Source: Rubripirellula sp.
GTDB taxonomy: Bacteria; Planctomycetota; Planctomycetia; Pirellulales; Pirellulaceae
Length of the DNA stretch: 64,000 nucleotides
Direction: 5' to 3'
NCBI GenBank assembly: GCA_965216875.1
Contig: OZ244207.1
Span: 320,001-384,000, forward strand
The position numbers were made by a program, and so were the translations under genes. This document shows, one piece after another, positions 1 through 12,461 of the stretch; the first letter of the stretch is position 1, and each line of letters starts with the position of its first letter. Under the pieces are notes generated by a model. That model did not search any database, was not told the DNA's origin, and saw only the letters and a list, made by a program, of their open reading frames with translations.

Positions 1-1254
1 GGCAGCTACAAGTACGGCCGTCAGCGGTTGTTGCAGACGTTGACCGAATACGGACTCTGGGACGAGTTGATCGACGAGTCGGGCGGACACTACTTGCCAC
101 CGACATCCAACAAACTTCAGCAAGAAGAATGGCTCGGCTGGTTGGCTGTCGCGCAGTTCAAAACGGGTGATGCCAAGGCCGGAGGCAAGACGCTACGGTC
201 GTTGCGTCGTCGTATGCTCGGACTTCGTAGTGATCTTCTTGACTTGGCCGAAAAGGAAGCAGCCGGAAACACCGATGCCGACGACGCCGATGAGGAGTCG
301 GACGATGACGAGTCCGATGAGAAGGAGGAGGATGCGGGGCGCGACAAAATCAAAGAACACATCTCCAAACTGAAACGCATCGTCGCCCGCGCTGCTGCGG
401 CAGGAGCGTCTGAGCGTCAGGACAAAGACGCGTTTGAAAAGAACGTCAAGGAAGCGAAGCTTGATGGCGTCATGCACGCGCAATGGAAAGCTGATGTCGG
501 CGATCTTGACGGCGCGATCAAGATGGCTGAAAAAGAGGTGCGCAACAGCAAAGGGGAAGTTCGTCCGGTCGCAGTCTTGACGGATCTGCTCTGGCGAAAA
601 GGGGACAAGAAAAAAGCCAAAGAACAATTCCAAACGCTACGAAAGTTAGCGGGGCATGCCGACATCGAAACACCGATGCTCGCCAAATTGGCTCCGATCG
701 CAACGGAGTTGGAATTGGATGCCGATTGGCGGATCAAGCCACAGCCGGCGGACGACCTCGGCGAGCGGCCACCGTTGGACGACCTCGGTCCTTTTCGTTG
801 GCAACCCTATCAAGCACCCTCCTGGGGAGCCCACAACGGGGACGGGCAACTCGTTGCCAGCGACGAGCTCAGCGGCCGACCGCACATCGTGATCTTTTAT
901 CTCGGTTCGGGGTGCCTGCATTGTGTTGAGCAGTTACATAGCTTTTCGCCAATGCTTGATGAATTCAAAGAGGCAGGCATGGAGATCGTTGGGATCAGCA
1001 CCGAGACGCAGGAGCAGCTGCAAGAAGGCATCAAGAATTTTGGCGAGAAGGTTGCGATTCCATTACTCGCCAATGGTGATCACCACGTCTTCAAGTCGTT
1101 TCGCTGTTGGGACGATTTCGAAGATCAGCCGTTGCACGGAACCTTCCTCATTGACTCGCGGGGACGTGTGCGTTGGCAAGACATCGGTCATGAACCGTTC
1201 AACGATGGCAAGTTCCTGCTCGAAGAAGCGAAACGGCTACTTGCTCTGCCATAA
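1..1254 (+). CDS. TPR/helical-repeat protein with C-terminal peroxiredoxin-like (AhpC/TSA, redoxin) domain; 5'-truncated by window edge
   Basis: Frame is open from base 1 (GSYKYGRQRLLQ...). C-terminus has VIFYLGSGCLHCVEQL (CxxC), IVGIS, and HGTFLIDSRGRVRW, typical of thioredoxin-fold redoxins. Confidence 0.8.
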   Translation, partial: GSYKYGRQRLLQTLTEYGLWDELIDESGGHYLPPTSNKLQQEEWLGWLAVAQFKTGDAKAGGKTLRSLRRRMLGLRSDLLDLAEKEAAGNTDADDADEESDDDESDEKEEDAGRDKIKEHISKLKRIVARAAAAGASERQDKDAFEKNVKEAKLDGVMHAQWKADVGDLDGAIKMAEKEVRNSKGEVRPVAVLTDLLWRKGDKKKAKEQFQTLRKLAGHADIETPMLAKLAPIATELELDADWRIKPQPADDLGERPPLDDLGPFRWQPYQAPSWGAHNGDGQLVASDELSGRPHIVIFYLGSGCLHCVEQLHSFSPMLDEFKEAGMEIVGISTETQEQLQEGIKNFGEKVAIPLLANGDHHVFKSFRCWDDFEDQPLHGTFLIDSRGRVRWQDIGHEPFNDGKFLLEEAKRLLALP

Positions 1255-1301
1255 GGTGATTTGACTTATCGAATCGCGACACCATTGACGGGGGATTGGA
1301 A

Positions 1302-3434
1302 ATGAGAGTTTCGATTGCGTTGACGTTGGCTCTCTTCGCAAGCTTGGTCACTGCGGAACCGCCTCGTGCATTGCCCGAGGGAGAAACTTCCACGGACCCT
1401 CGCCATGAGGAACTGAAGAACCTCAACGGCTACTTTCCCTTCAAACCGGTCACGTCGGTCGATCAGTGGGAAAAGCGACACGAAGAGATTCGTCGCCGCA
1501 TCCTTGTTTCGCAGGGATTGTGGCCAATGCCAACCAAGGCTCCGCTGAATCCGATCATTCATGGTCGCGTTGAGCGCGAGGACTATACCGTCGACCGCGT
1601 CTTCTTCGAATCCATTCCAGGTCACTTTGTGACGGGCAGTCTTTACCGCCCCAAGAATCGCCCCGGTCGTTTGCCGACGATTCTCTCGCCACACGGGCAT
1701 TGGTCCAACGGCCGTTTTTATGATGCTGGGGAGGCAAAGGTCAAAGACGAGATCGCAAGCGGCGCTGAAAAGTATGAGCTCGGTGGACGCTTTCCCATTC
1801 AAGCACGCGCGGTGGGTCTAGCGCGAATGGGATGTAACGTGTTCGTCTATGACATGACGGGCAACGCCGATTCGATCCAAATCAAACATCGTCCGGACAA
1901 GTGGTCACATCTGGATCGCAACGCGGACTGGGGCTTTATGAGTGTCCAGGCCGAATTGCGACTGCAGAACATGATGGGGCTGCAAACTTGGAACTCGATT
2001 CGTGTCATCGACTTTTTGACGACCCAAGACTTTGTCGATTCCGGTCGGATTGGGGTCACTGGCGGCAGTGGGGGCGGAACGCAATCCATGCTGATTGGTG
2101 CGATCGATGATCGAATCGCCGCCGCCATGCCATGCGTGATGGTTTCGACATCGATGCAAGGCGGATGCACCTGCGAGAACGCGCCGCTTCTGAGGATCGA
2201 TCAAGGCAACGTCGATATTGCCGCCGCGGTCGCGCCGCGTCCGCTCGGTTTGACCGCAGCCGATGATTGGACCATCGAGCTCGAGACCAAAGGTTACCCC
2301 GACCTGTTGCGACTCTACCGAATGCTCGGTCACGCCGATCGATTGACGGCTGTGTTCGAGACCCGATTCAAACACAACTACAACCGAGTCAATCGACTTG
2401 CGATGTATCAATTCTTCAATCGACACTTTCAACTTGGTGCCGATGAACCGATTGATGAAGCGGACTTCATACCGCTTTCTCGCGAAGAGGCCACCGTTTG
2501 GACCGCGGACTACCCGGCCCCAGCGGGCGCTCAAATTGGTGATGAGCACGAAGTCGCGATTTTAAGGATTGCTGATCAAGATTCACGGCGAAACCTAAAC
2601 ACGCTTATTCCAAAGACGCGGGATGCAATCGAACCCTTCCATTCCGTTGTCGGCGGTGCTTGGGAAACCATCATTGGACGCCGTTTCGACGAAGTGCCAA
2701 AGGTGCGTTTCCAACCGGAAGCGACAACGTCCAATGGCGCGGTGGAAAAGGGCATCCTTCATGTCGATGAACTGGGCGAACAGATCTCGCTGGTTCACTA
2801 TTCAACGCCCGATCCCAAAGCGACCGTCATCTACTTGACCGATGCAGGCATGTCCGATTTGGAAAAGGACTCAGAGCTGTCGAAGATTGTCAAAAACGGG
2901 TATGCGGTTGTTTGCGCCGATCTGTTTGGCCAAGGTGATTCCGATGTGATCGATGCTGAAACGGAGACGCAGCCGATGTGGTTTCAGTACAAAGGCGAGG
3001 TTGGGTGGCAGCGTTTTGCCGGTTACACGTATGGCTACAACCACAGTCTGTACGCCAAGCGTGTTCACGATGTCTTGTCGTTGATCAAATGGGCGGGGCA
3101 GAATGGTGACGTCCAGCTGGTTGGTGTCGGCGCGATCGCCGGTCCCGTCGCATTGGGCGCTGCAACTCAGGCGCGTGATGAGCTGGCCCACACGTTTGTT
3201 GATTGCAAGGGATTTCGTTTTGGCAACGTCACCCGCCATAACGACCCGATGTTCGTGCCTGGATCGGTGAAGTACTTTGGCATCGACGGGCTCGTCTCGC
3301 TTGTCTTGCCAAGCAAGCTTTCACTCGTCGGCGTCGATGCGTCGGAGATGGTCCAGAGCGTATCGCGAGCTTCCGGCACATCGCCCCGCTACGTCGATGC
3401 ACGCGCCGAGTTGCTGCTTCCGCTGCTCGATTGA
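1302..3434 (+). CDS. Secreted alpha/beta-hydrolase, acetyl xylan esterase-like
   Basis: Signal peptide; ILSPHGHW; nucleophile elbow GVTGGSGGGTQ; GGCTCEN; AAVAPRPL. ATG 1302 preferred over TTG 1296. Confidence 0.75.
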   Translation: MRVSIALTLALFASLVTAEPPRALPEGETSTDPRHEELKNLNGYFPFKPVTSVDQWEKRHEEIRRRILVSQGLWPMPTKAPLNPIIHGRVEREDYTVDRVFFESIPGHFVTGSLYRPKNRPGRLPTILSPHGHWSNGRFYDAGEAKVKDEIASGAEKYELGGRFPIQARAVGLARMGCNVFVYDMTGNADSIQIKHRPDKWSHLDRNADWGFMSVQAELRLQNMMGLQTWNSIRVIDFLTTQDFVDSGRIGVTGGSGGGTQSMLIGAIDDRIAAAMPCVMVSTSMQGGCTCENAPLLRIDQGNVDIAAAVAPRPLGLTAADDWTIELETKGYPDLLRLYRMLGHADRLTAVFETRFKHNYNRVNRLAMYQFFNRHFQLGADEPIDEADFIPLSREEATVWTADYPAPAGAQIGDEHEVAILRIADQDSRRNLNTLIPKTRDAIEPFHSVVGGAWETIIGRRFDEVPKVRFQPEATTSNGAVEKGILHVDELGEQISLVHYSTPDPKATVIYLTDAGMSDLEKDSELSKIVKNGYAVVCADLFGQGDSDVIDAETETQPMWFQYKGEVGWQRFAGYTYGYNHSLYAKRVHDVLSLIKWAGQNGDVQLVGVGAIAGPVALGAATQARDELAHTFVDCKGFRFGNVTRHNDPMFVPGSVKYFGIDGLVSLVLPSKLSLVGVDASEMVQSVSRASGTSPRYVDARAELLLPLLD

Positions 3435-3437
3435 TTG

Positions 3438-4895
3438 TTACTTCGAGAGGACGATCGGTTCGGCCATCTCGGCGTTGAGAGCGTGCCAACGGCCGATCAG
3501 TTTGCCGAGCATTTGCGGTTGCTCGCTGGCGAGGTTGCGTTTCTCGCCAGCGTCGCTGGCCAAGTGATAGAGTTCGATGGGGCTCTTGCGGTTGGGACGA
3601 ACGATTTTCCAGTTGCCACTGCGCAGCGCAATGCGTCCGTTGGGCATCCGCCAGAAGAGGTCTTGGTGTGGGTCTTTGCGAAGCGGATCGTCGATCCAAT
3701 CCAAGATGCTCTTGCCATCGGCCGCCGGGTCTTCATCGAGTCCAGCAAGATCGAGCGCGGTAGCAGCGATGTCGAGACTGAGGACAGGTCGATCTTCGAC
3801 GCGACCGGCCGGAAGTGTGTCGGGCATCGTCCACGTCATCGGAACGCGAATCCCGCCTTCATAGAGTGACCCTTTGCCGCCGCGAAGAGGCAGGTTGCTG
3901 CTGGTCAGTTCCGCGGTCGGGCCACCGTTGTCACTGACAAACACGATCAGCGTTTTGCGGGTCAGCGAGTGTTCGGCAATCGCATCACGTATCTTGCCGA
4001 CGCCGCGATCCAAAGCGATTAGCATTCCGGCGAAAATCCGCCGCTGGTCATCCTCGATGCGAGCTAGGCCAGCCAGGTCTTCATGCGTCGCTTGCATCGG
4101 ACTATGGACCGCACCATAAGCAACCATCAAACAAAAAGGCGCATCCTTGTTTGAATTGATAAAGTCGACGGCTTCATTTGAAATGGCATCGGTCAAATAG
4201 TCGTTCTCGACAATTTCCGTTTCACCTCGCAACACCGGGTTGTCCGCGTCGTAGGGTGGCTCGCTCATTCGAGCGTAGTTGCCACGAATCAAGTCGCCCT
4301 CGCGAACACGTTGGCCCTCTTCGAGAGACGAATCGCGAACCATCGTTAGCACGTTTTCATAGGGTGGTCCCGGTACATAAAAATGTCCTTCGTGAAGGAA
4401 CCCATAGAAATGATCGAAACCATGTCGCAGCGGGTGTTTGGGGGGCGTCCCACCGAGATGCCATTTGCCGACCATGCCAGTTGCGTAACCGGCATCGGCT
4501 AAACGCGATACGAATGTCGTTTCCGTTTCGGGTAATCCCGCTTTCGGATCGAGATTGCGTTTGCCCGTTGGGTTGAAGTCATAGCCAAAGCGAGCCTGAT
4601 AGCGTCCCGTAACCATCCCTGCTCGCGAAGGACTGCAGTAGGACGCCGTGACATAGCCGGCCGTGCAGCGAACGCCATCGGTGGCCAACGAATCGATGTG
4701 GGGCGTTGGGATTTCGTGATTGCCCATCATTCCCGTTTCGCCGTAGCCGAGATCATCTGCAATGATCACGACAACGTTGGGTGTGCGCTCCGGTTGTTCA
4801 ATCTCGTCTTCGGCAACCACCAACGGCGTGAACAAGCAGACGCAAACACCAACAGCCTGTATGCGTAACACTTCGATCAAACGATGTGCAAACAT
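3438..4895 (-). CDS. Formylglycine-dependent sulfatase (arylsulfatase family)
   Basis: PNVVVIIADDLG, CSPSRAG (CxPxR), GKWHLG, SDNGG, GKGSLYEGGIRVP. Confidence 0.92.
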   Translation of the reverse strand: MFAHRLIEVLRIQAVGVCVCLFTPLVVAEDEIEQPERTPNVVVIIADDLGYGETGMMGNHEIPTPHIDSLATDGVRCTAGYVTASYCSPSRAGMVTGRYQARFGYDFNPTGKRNLDPKAGLPETETTFVSRLADAGYATGMVGKWHLGGTPPKHPLRHGFDHFYGFLHEGHFYVPGPPYENVLTMVRDSSLEEGQRVREGDLIRGNYARMSEPPYDADNPVLRGETEIVENDYLTDAISNEAVDFINSNKDAPFCLMVAYGAVHSPMQATHEDLAGLARIEDDQRRIFAGMLIALDRGVGKIRDAIAEHSLTRKTLIVFVSDNGGPTAELTSSNLPLRGGKGSLYEGGIRVPMTWTMPDTLPAGRVEDRPVLSLDIAATALDLAGLDEDPAADGKSILDWIDDPLRKDPHQDLFWRMPNGRIALRSGNWKIVRPNRKSPIELYHLASDAGEKRNLASEQPQMLGKLIGRWHALNAEMAEPIVLSK

Positions 4896-5030
4896 TTGAA
4901 TACTTCACCTCGATCCCTGACGTCGAATTCAATCAATCCGTTGAGTTTCCACCTTCACAATTGCGAAGTCAATTGGATCGTCGAGAAGACTGTTAAACTG
5001 CAGTAGGTAGGTTGTGTTGAGTAAGTCACC

Positions 5031-5073
5031 TGTAGGCCGGATCAAAGAGCGACAGCGATGCAGATCCGGCACA
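5031..5073. repeat. REP-like palindrome (GTAGGCCGGATC...GATCCGGCAC family)
   Basis: tgtaggccggatcaaagagcgacagcgatgcagatccggcaca; near-identical inverted copy at 62519-62561. Confidence 0.75.
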
Positions 5074-5167
5074 ATTGCCTCGCTGTACTTCCTGCGCGTT
5101 TGTCGGTCAGACGATCAGACGAGTAGATCTAGATTCTCTGCGAAAACGTCTTCCGTTTGAGGCACCA

Positions 5168-7335
5168 TTAAGGGTTCACAGTCAATCGTTTGGTCTGGTC
5201 GCTCGCCTGAGTCACGTCACCAATGACCGCCGTTTCAATGCCAGTTGTTTTCGAAATGGTGTTGGCTAGATCCTCGCAGGCGTCTGCGGCGACGCCCAAC
5301 AACAGTCCGCCGCACGTTTGTGGGTCAAAAAGCAGTTTGTAGACGGCTTGGTCTCGCAGTGTGATGTCAGCTTTGATCTTGCGATCGATGCGTCGATTCT
5401 GTGGTGCAAGCGTGCTTTCGATTCCCGCTTCGACCTGTTGGGTTGCGCCGATGAGGGTGGGAATGGATGCCAATGAGATTTCGGCCGCGACGTTACCTGT
5501 TTCAAGCATTTCGATCAGGTGACCACCGAGCCCGAAGCCGGTGATGTCGGTGCCCGCGCACACGCCTGCGGTGACGGCCAGGCCCGCGAGTTCATGTTGC
5601 CGCTCAAGCATCGTCGTGATCGCCGCGGTGTAGCCTGCGGCCGGACAGAGACTGCGCATGTGGGCGGCCAACAGGACTCCGATACCGATCGGTTTGGTGA
5701 GCAGGAGTTTGTCACCAACACGAAGTCGGTCCTTGTGCAGTAGGTTCTCGGAAATCGATCGTCCGATGACGGTAAAGCCGACTTCGAAACGGGGGCCGAC
5801 GATGGTGTGGCCGCCGACGATCTCGGCACCCATTGCGCCGAATTCTTCGCGTGCACCGGCCAGAAAGTCCGACAACATCTGACGCTGGGTCGCTGCGTTG
5901 CCCTCGGGCAAGACAACGTTCGCAAGCGCTTTGGTTGGCCGTGCTCCAGTGGCGATGATGTCGCTCGCTGAATGCAACGCGGCGACGCGCCCCGTGAGGT
6001 AGGCGTCATCGACGGGGCTTGTGAAAAAATCGGTTGATGCGATGAGTGTCTGTTGGTCGTCGCGCCCGATCGGCGCGGCGTCTTCAAGCTGGATCGGCTG
6101 GTCGCTTTGAAGGGCTTCTTCCAAGAGGTCGCCACCCAGTTTGCAACCGCAACCGCGGCACTGCATGTCGTCTTGGCCGGTCGTCCCATCCGGTGTCATC
6201 GACAACGGTTGGTACATCTCCATGAAACGTGTGTCGATCCGGTCCTTCATGCGCATCACCCACTGACCCTGAAAGGAGAACCCTTTCCATTGGCCGATGG
6301 CGTCGCCGTTGCCAAGGTTGATCAACTTCATGAATGAGGTTTGCGGCTGGTAGTCGACAAGCGGTCGCCCACTTAGGCCGCGTTGCAGATTGTCCCAAAG
6401 GATGGGGCCTTGGCGGACGGCATAGACTCCTGCTTTGGGAAGTTTCTGGTTCGCGATGGTGCCCGTGTCGCCGACGGCAAAAATGTTTCCGCCCGCCGTC
6501 GACTGCAACGTCGCGTCAGTCTCCAGAAAGCCGCGGTCGTCTACCGGTAGGCCAAGTCTCGACAGCAGCGGTGGTGCTGTCGCGCCCGTTGCCCAAACAA
6601 CAAGGTCGGCTTCAAGCTGCTGACCATCGTCAAGTGTTAGGTGCTGGTCGGTGACTTTCGCAACCGCTTTGCGTGTGTGGACGGTCACGCCGCGGCGACG
6701 GAGTTGACCGGCGACTCGGCGCCGCGTCGATTCGGCCACATCGGGAAGGACATCGTCGCTTCGCGTGATCAGAGTGATCGAGGGCTCCGCTCCGGTTTGT
6801 TGCTCGACAAAGGTTGGTAAGCAGAAACTGATTTCGATCCCCGCGACCCCTGCACCGACGATGGCGATGCGAAGTGCTTTTCGGTCTGTTCGTGCGATGG
6901 CATCATCGATTGCGCGGGCCAACCTCTCCATAAAGGTTTGCATCGGCTTGATGCGCAAGACATGTTGTTCGCCCGCTTCGAGTTCGCCATCGATTGGGAC
7001 TGAGCCGATACCAATCGACAACGCGTCGTAGGGAATCGCAGGTCGGTCGTCAAAAAGCAGCCGCCCGTTCGCTCGGTCGATTCCTGTGACGTCGTCGGTG
7101 ATCAGGCGTGCTCCGACCGAATTGCACAAGCGAACAAGGTCAATCTCCATCGCCGCTTGGGGGATTTGTCCCGCAAGGGCTGCCGGCAACATTCCAGAAT
7201 AGGTTGCCACGGTGTGATTCGAGACGCACGTCAGACTTGCGTCAGGAATCGGGTTCATCCCCCACATCCGCACGACGTGAGCGTTGGTGTGCCCGATGCC
7301 TAGCAGGACGACATGTTTGCTCGGCAGTCGCTCGA

Positions 7336-7339
<4 letters not shown>
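5168..7339 (-). CDS. selD: Selenide, water dikinase (SelD) fused to an N-terminal FAD-dependent pyridine nucleotide-disulfide oxidoreductase domain
   Basis: N-terminal: LLGIGHTN, YSGMLP, IVGAGVAGIE, IFAVGD, PKAGVYAVRQG. C-terminal: CRGCGCKLG, DAA, STDFF, VGGHT, LLLTKPIG, TDITGFGLGGHL, LFDPQTCGGLL. Confidence 0.95.
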
Positions 7340-8713
<1,374 letters not shown>

Positions 8714-8724
<11 letters not shown>

Positions 8725-10633
8725 CCGATTCCTCCGTCATCAACACTTCCTGTAACTTGGGTCCGGCCATCCTTGCGTTGTCGCGCCGCGTCGTCACACC
8801 CATTTTGTCGCAGTATTCCAAATAAGGGATCGCGTGTTTGCGGGTGACTTGCCAACGGTCACGGATTTCAGCGACGGATTGTTCCGGTTGCTGATCAAAC
8901 AACTCCCGCAATTCGCTACAGAGTTGCCGGAACATGTCGCTCGATATCAGGAATCCGTTGCCGAGGTCGACGAGTAAACGTTGTTGAGCCGCGAATCGAA
9001 CCAGCGACGCGATCGCATCGACTTTGGTGTCCATTTTGTCGGCCACTTCTTTGAGGGTCGGCGGCAAACGGTCACCGTCAAACATGCGAACGATTTGGTC
9101 CATTTTGGCACGTTGCTTCTTTGACAGAAGATTGTCTTCCGAAGCGATCGCTACCATTCTATTCAGTCGAACGATCGACTTTTCAGAAACCATTTTCGAC
9201 AACACCCAGCGAACCACCTCGGGGCTTCCTGTCGAACGGACCCGCTCAATCAACGAGGTTTCGACCGACCAGGCGTCCTCGGTCTCTTCGGCCTGCTTGG
9301 TCAGGATTTTCAACGCGTAGTTTTGGATCTTGGTGATCGTTTTCTCGGAAACCAGCCGCCCCTCGACCGGCATGGCGATGGCATCCTGTTTGAGCACTTG
9401 CTTGACGACGGCTGCGCACTGGGCGCGATCAATTCCGATTTGCAATTCGAACCGAACAGGATCGACTTCGACCTCGCCGAGCCAATGAATCCATGCGGTC
9501 AGACGCTCGGCCGCATCGCTACGGGCAAGGCTGCTGCCGAACTCGATAATCTGTTTGCCCGCGCCGAGCCTTGCTTCGATCGGCGCGAGCACGCGCCCGC
9601 CTCCAAAGGAACCGACGGGATAGGGACTGCGCAGTAAGAACTGTTGGTCGTACGTGGCCAACAATTCGTGTTCGGCATCGAGAACGGCAATCGTCGGCTC
9701 GCCAGGCTTGAGTTTCTTAGCGCCAGTGATACGTGCCGAACAGGCGCCCGTGGCGGTGTGCAGTTGAACGGTTGCCGGACATTTAATCTCGGCTGCATCG
9801 CGAAAGGTTGTGACTTCGACAACCATCCGTCGCACGGGCAAGTTTGCTGGAGGGGCGACCAGTTCATCACCACGGGATAGTTCCGCAGCGGAGACACCGG
9901 TGATGTTCATCGCCGTGCGATGCCCCGATGAAGATTGCTCGACCGATTCGCCGTGCACTTCCAACTCGCGCACTCGGACTGGAGTGCCTGTCACGCCAAC
10001 CTCGACGGTGTCACCCACCGACACCTGGCCACTCCACAGCGTTCCCGCCACGACGCAGCCACGCCCCGGAACGCTGAAGACACGATCGATCGGCATACGA
10101 AAGAACCCTTCGCTTGGCCGGTCACTTTGGCGGGCGTATCGGCAAAGTTGATCCTTCAGTTGGTCGATCCCTTCGCGCGTCACCGACGAAAAGGGAATCG
10201 TTGGCACATCGGTAAAGCCGTAGTCGGCGAGGAAGACTTCGAGTTCTTCGGAGAGTTCAAGACGCGTCTCTTCGTCTGATAGATCGATGCGTGAAATCGC
10301 AGCGATCAGTTTTTTCACGCCAAGCGTTTGCAGGATCGCGGCGTGCTCAAGCGTTTGTTGTTGGATGCCTTGATCACAGGCGACGACCAACAGACCGACG
10401 TCGATACCAGAAACACCGGCCAAGAGGTTGCCGATGTACTTTTGGTGTCCCGGGGCATCGATGAGTGCAAAGTCGTTTTCACCCTCGGTGAACGAGGCAA
10501 ATCCAAGGTCGATCGTGATCCCGCGCAGCTTCTCCTCGGGATGCGTGTCGGTGTCGACCCCTGTGAGGACACCGACGAGGGAAGTCTTGCCATGATCGAT
10601 GTGTCCGATCACGCCGACAATCGTATAGCTCAT
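8714..10633 (-). CDS. selB: Selenocysteine-specific translation elongation factor
   Basis: GHIDHGKTSL, EEKLRGITIDLGF, DAPGH, FRMPIDRVFSVPGRG; C-terminal winged-helix TRKHAIPYLEYCD. Confidence 0.97.
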
Positions 10634-10888
10634 CGTTAGTTCGGCGTCCCTTCATTCGGCGTGCCAGCCGATCGGCAGGGTTGGGCGATCGGGAGGGGCT
10701 TGGTCTTTTGCGGAGGCTAATTATCTTCGCTGATACGGCGCCAGATCGCTACCACCGTGATGCGGCGGCACGCTTGTTGGTCGGACGCACGCGGTCCATC
10801 GCCAAGGTGATTGTTCCCTGTTCTCTGGCGGCCATCTGCGATAAGCTTGGCATCGATTTCTCAGCGATTCTCTGACAAAACCAACGAT

Positions 10889-11773
10889 ATGTCTCAACCC
10901 AAGATTGACGATACGTTCGCGGAAGCTTTCCCGATGCACGGAACGCGGTTGGTGTTCACGGCACTCGACCGTGAGCTTGCCAACGTGGCGGCGACCGAGT
11001 TTTGCGGGAATGCTTCAAGTGTGATCGGTTGCGACTGTGAGGCCGGAATCGAGAAGCAAGTCGATGCCGAAGAGACGATGGATGGTCGCCCGGGCGTCGC
11101 GGTGTTGGTCTTTGCGTTCAACCGCGAGTCGCTCGAAAAAGCGGTCACCGAGCGGATCGGCCAGAACGTTTTGACCTGCCCAACGACCGCCTGTTTTTCA
11201 GGTTTGGCGGCCACGACAAAAAAGAACCGCATCAAGGTCGGTGCACAGCTTCGTTTCTTTGGTGACGGACACCAGTTCTCGAAAAAGCTTGGTGACCGCC
11301 GCTTTTGGCGTGTTCCCGTGATGGATGGTGAATTCCTTTGTGACGACATTTCAGGAACGGTCAAAGGAATCGGTGGCGGCAATTTGCTGTTCGCTGCCGA
11401 GAGTCAAGTTGCTGCACTTACGGCGGCTCGCAAAGCGGCAGCAGCGATCGATGCACTGGACGATGTCATCATGCCTTTCCCCGCAGGGATCGTTCGATCA
11501 GGTTCGAAGGTGGGTTCGAAGTACGCCAAGATGAAGGCGAGCACGAACGACAAATGGTGCCCAACCCTACGCGGCCAAACCGATAGCGTTCTGGAAGAAA
11601 ATGAACGCGCGGTCTACGAGATTGTGATCGACGGTCTGAGCGAAGACTCGATTTCCGCAGCGATGAAGGCGGGGCTCGAAGCCGCCTCCGCCGTCGAAGG
11701 GGTCGTTCGTATTTCGGCCGGCAATTACGGCGGAAAGCTCGGCCCGCACCACTTCCATTTGCACCAACTGTAA
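10889..11773 (+). CDS. ftr: Formylmethanofuran--tetrahydromethanopterin N-formyltransferase (Ftr/FhcD)
   Basis: IDDTFAEAF, SVIGCDCEAGIE, DGRPG, RIGQNVLTCPTTA, LRFFGDG, GIVRSGSKVGS, SAGNYGGKLG. ATG 10889 chosen over the track's 10811. Confidence 0.95.
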   Translation: MSQPKIDDTFAEAFPMHGTRLVFTALDRELANVAATEFCGNASSVIGCDCEAGIEKQVDAEETMDGRPGVAVLVFAFNRESLEKAVTERIGQNVLTCPTTACFSGLAATTKKNRIKVGAQLRFFGDGHQFSKKLGDRRFWRVPVMDGEFLCDDISGTVKGIGGGNLLFAAESQVAALTAARKAAAAIDALDDVIMPFPAGIVRSGSKVGSKYAKMKASTNDKWCPTLRGQTDSVLEENERAVYEIVIDGLSEDSISAAMKAGLEAASAVEGVVRISAGNYGGKLGPHHFHLHQL

Positions 11774-11790
11774 CTAGCACGCTCACAAAC

Positions 11791-11905
11791 ACCCTCCCGC
11801 TTGCGGGAGGGTCGGACGCAAAGTCCGGGGAGGGAATGAACTCTCAGCGTGCAAACCCTCTCCGGGCCTGAGAGCCCGACTCTCCCAAGGGCCCTAGTGA
11901 GAGTG
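11791..11905. repeat. REP-like palindrome (CCCTCCCGCTTGCGGGAGGG family) with a degenerate partner
   Basis: accctcccgcttgcgggagggtcggacgcaaagtccggggagggaa (11791-11836); copies at 24629-24674 (inverted) and 26258-26303. Confidence 0.8.
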
Positions 11906-12086
11906 TTCGGACGCGCACGCTCGTTTTTGTTCAAATGACGCATCAATTTGTACAAAAACGATCGGGGTTTCAAAAACTGTCCGTTTGTGCTGGCGAGTGT
12001 GCTCGCTGACAGCCGGTTTACATTGCGAGCGGGAGTGCGTTTACCTATCTTCTAGCCAGTGGAACTCTTCCAGGAAAAATCGAGCC

Positions 12087-12425
12087 ATGCCGTCGCAACG
12101 CCTCCTTCTCAATCCGATTCGCACCGCCAAGCAGGGTGTGAATGTCAACGTTGGCAAAGATGGCGATGAATACAAGACGATCGTCACAACCCTGACGATC
12201 CACGCCAGTGACATGGAGGCCCTTGGGGTTTCTGACGGCGACACGGTTCGAGTGACCAGTGAATTTGGTGATGCCGAATTCAAATGCGAAACCGGCAAGG
12301 TTCCTGAAGGTATGATATTTGTGCCGTACGGCCCTCCCACTTGCAAACTGATGGGCGGAAACACCCATGGCACAGGCATGCCGACCAGCAAGGGTTGGGA
12401 AGTCGACGTCGAACCAATCGGTTAG
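12087..12425 (+). CDS. fwdD: Formylmethanofuran dehydrogenase subunit D-like (molybdopterin dinucleotide-binding domain)
   Basis: RTAKQG, IHASDMEALGVSDGDTVRVTSEFG, VPEGMIFVPYGP, THGTGMPTSKG; AGGA upstream of ATG 12087. Confidence 0.88.
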   Translation: MPSQRLLLNPIRTAKQGVNVNVGKDGDEYKTIVTTLTIHASDMEALGVSDGDTVRVTSEFGDAEFKCETGKVPEGMIFVPYGPPTCKLMGGNTHGTGMPTSKGWEVDVEPIG

Positions 12426-12461
12426 ACCTGACAAGACATTGCATGGCAAATAAGAATTGAC

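Noticed and set aside
10634..10888. Sigma-54 promoter-like sequences in the selB-ftr gap (cggcacgcttgttgg; minus-strand tggcacgccgaatga)
   Set aside because: Both lack the conserved -12 GC, so they are too weak to call.
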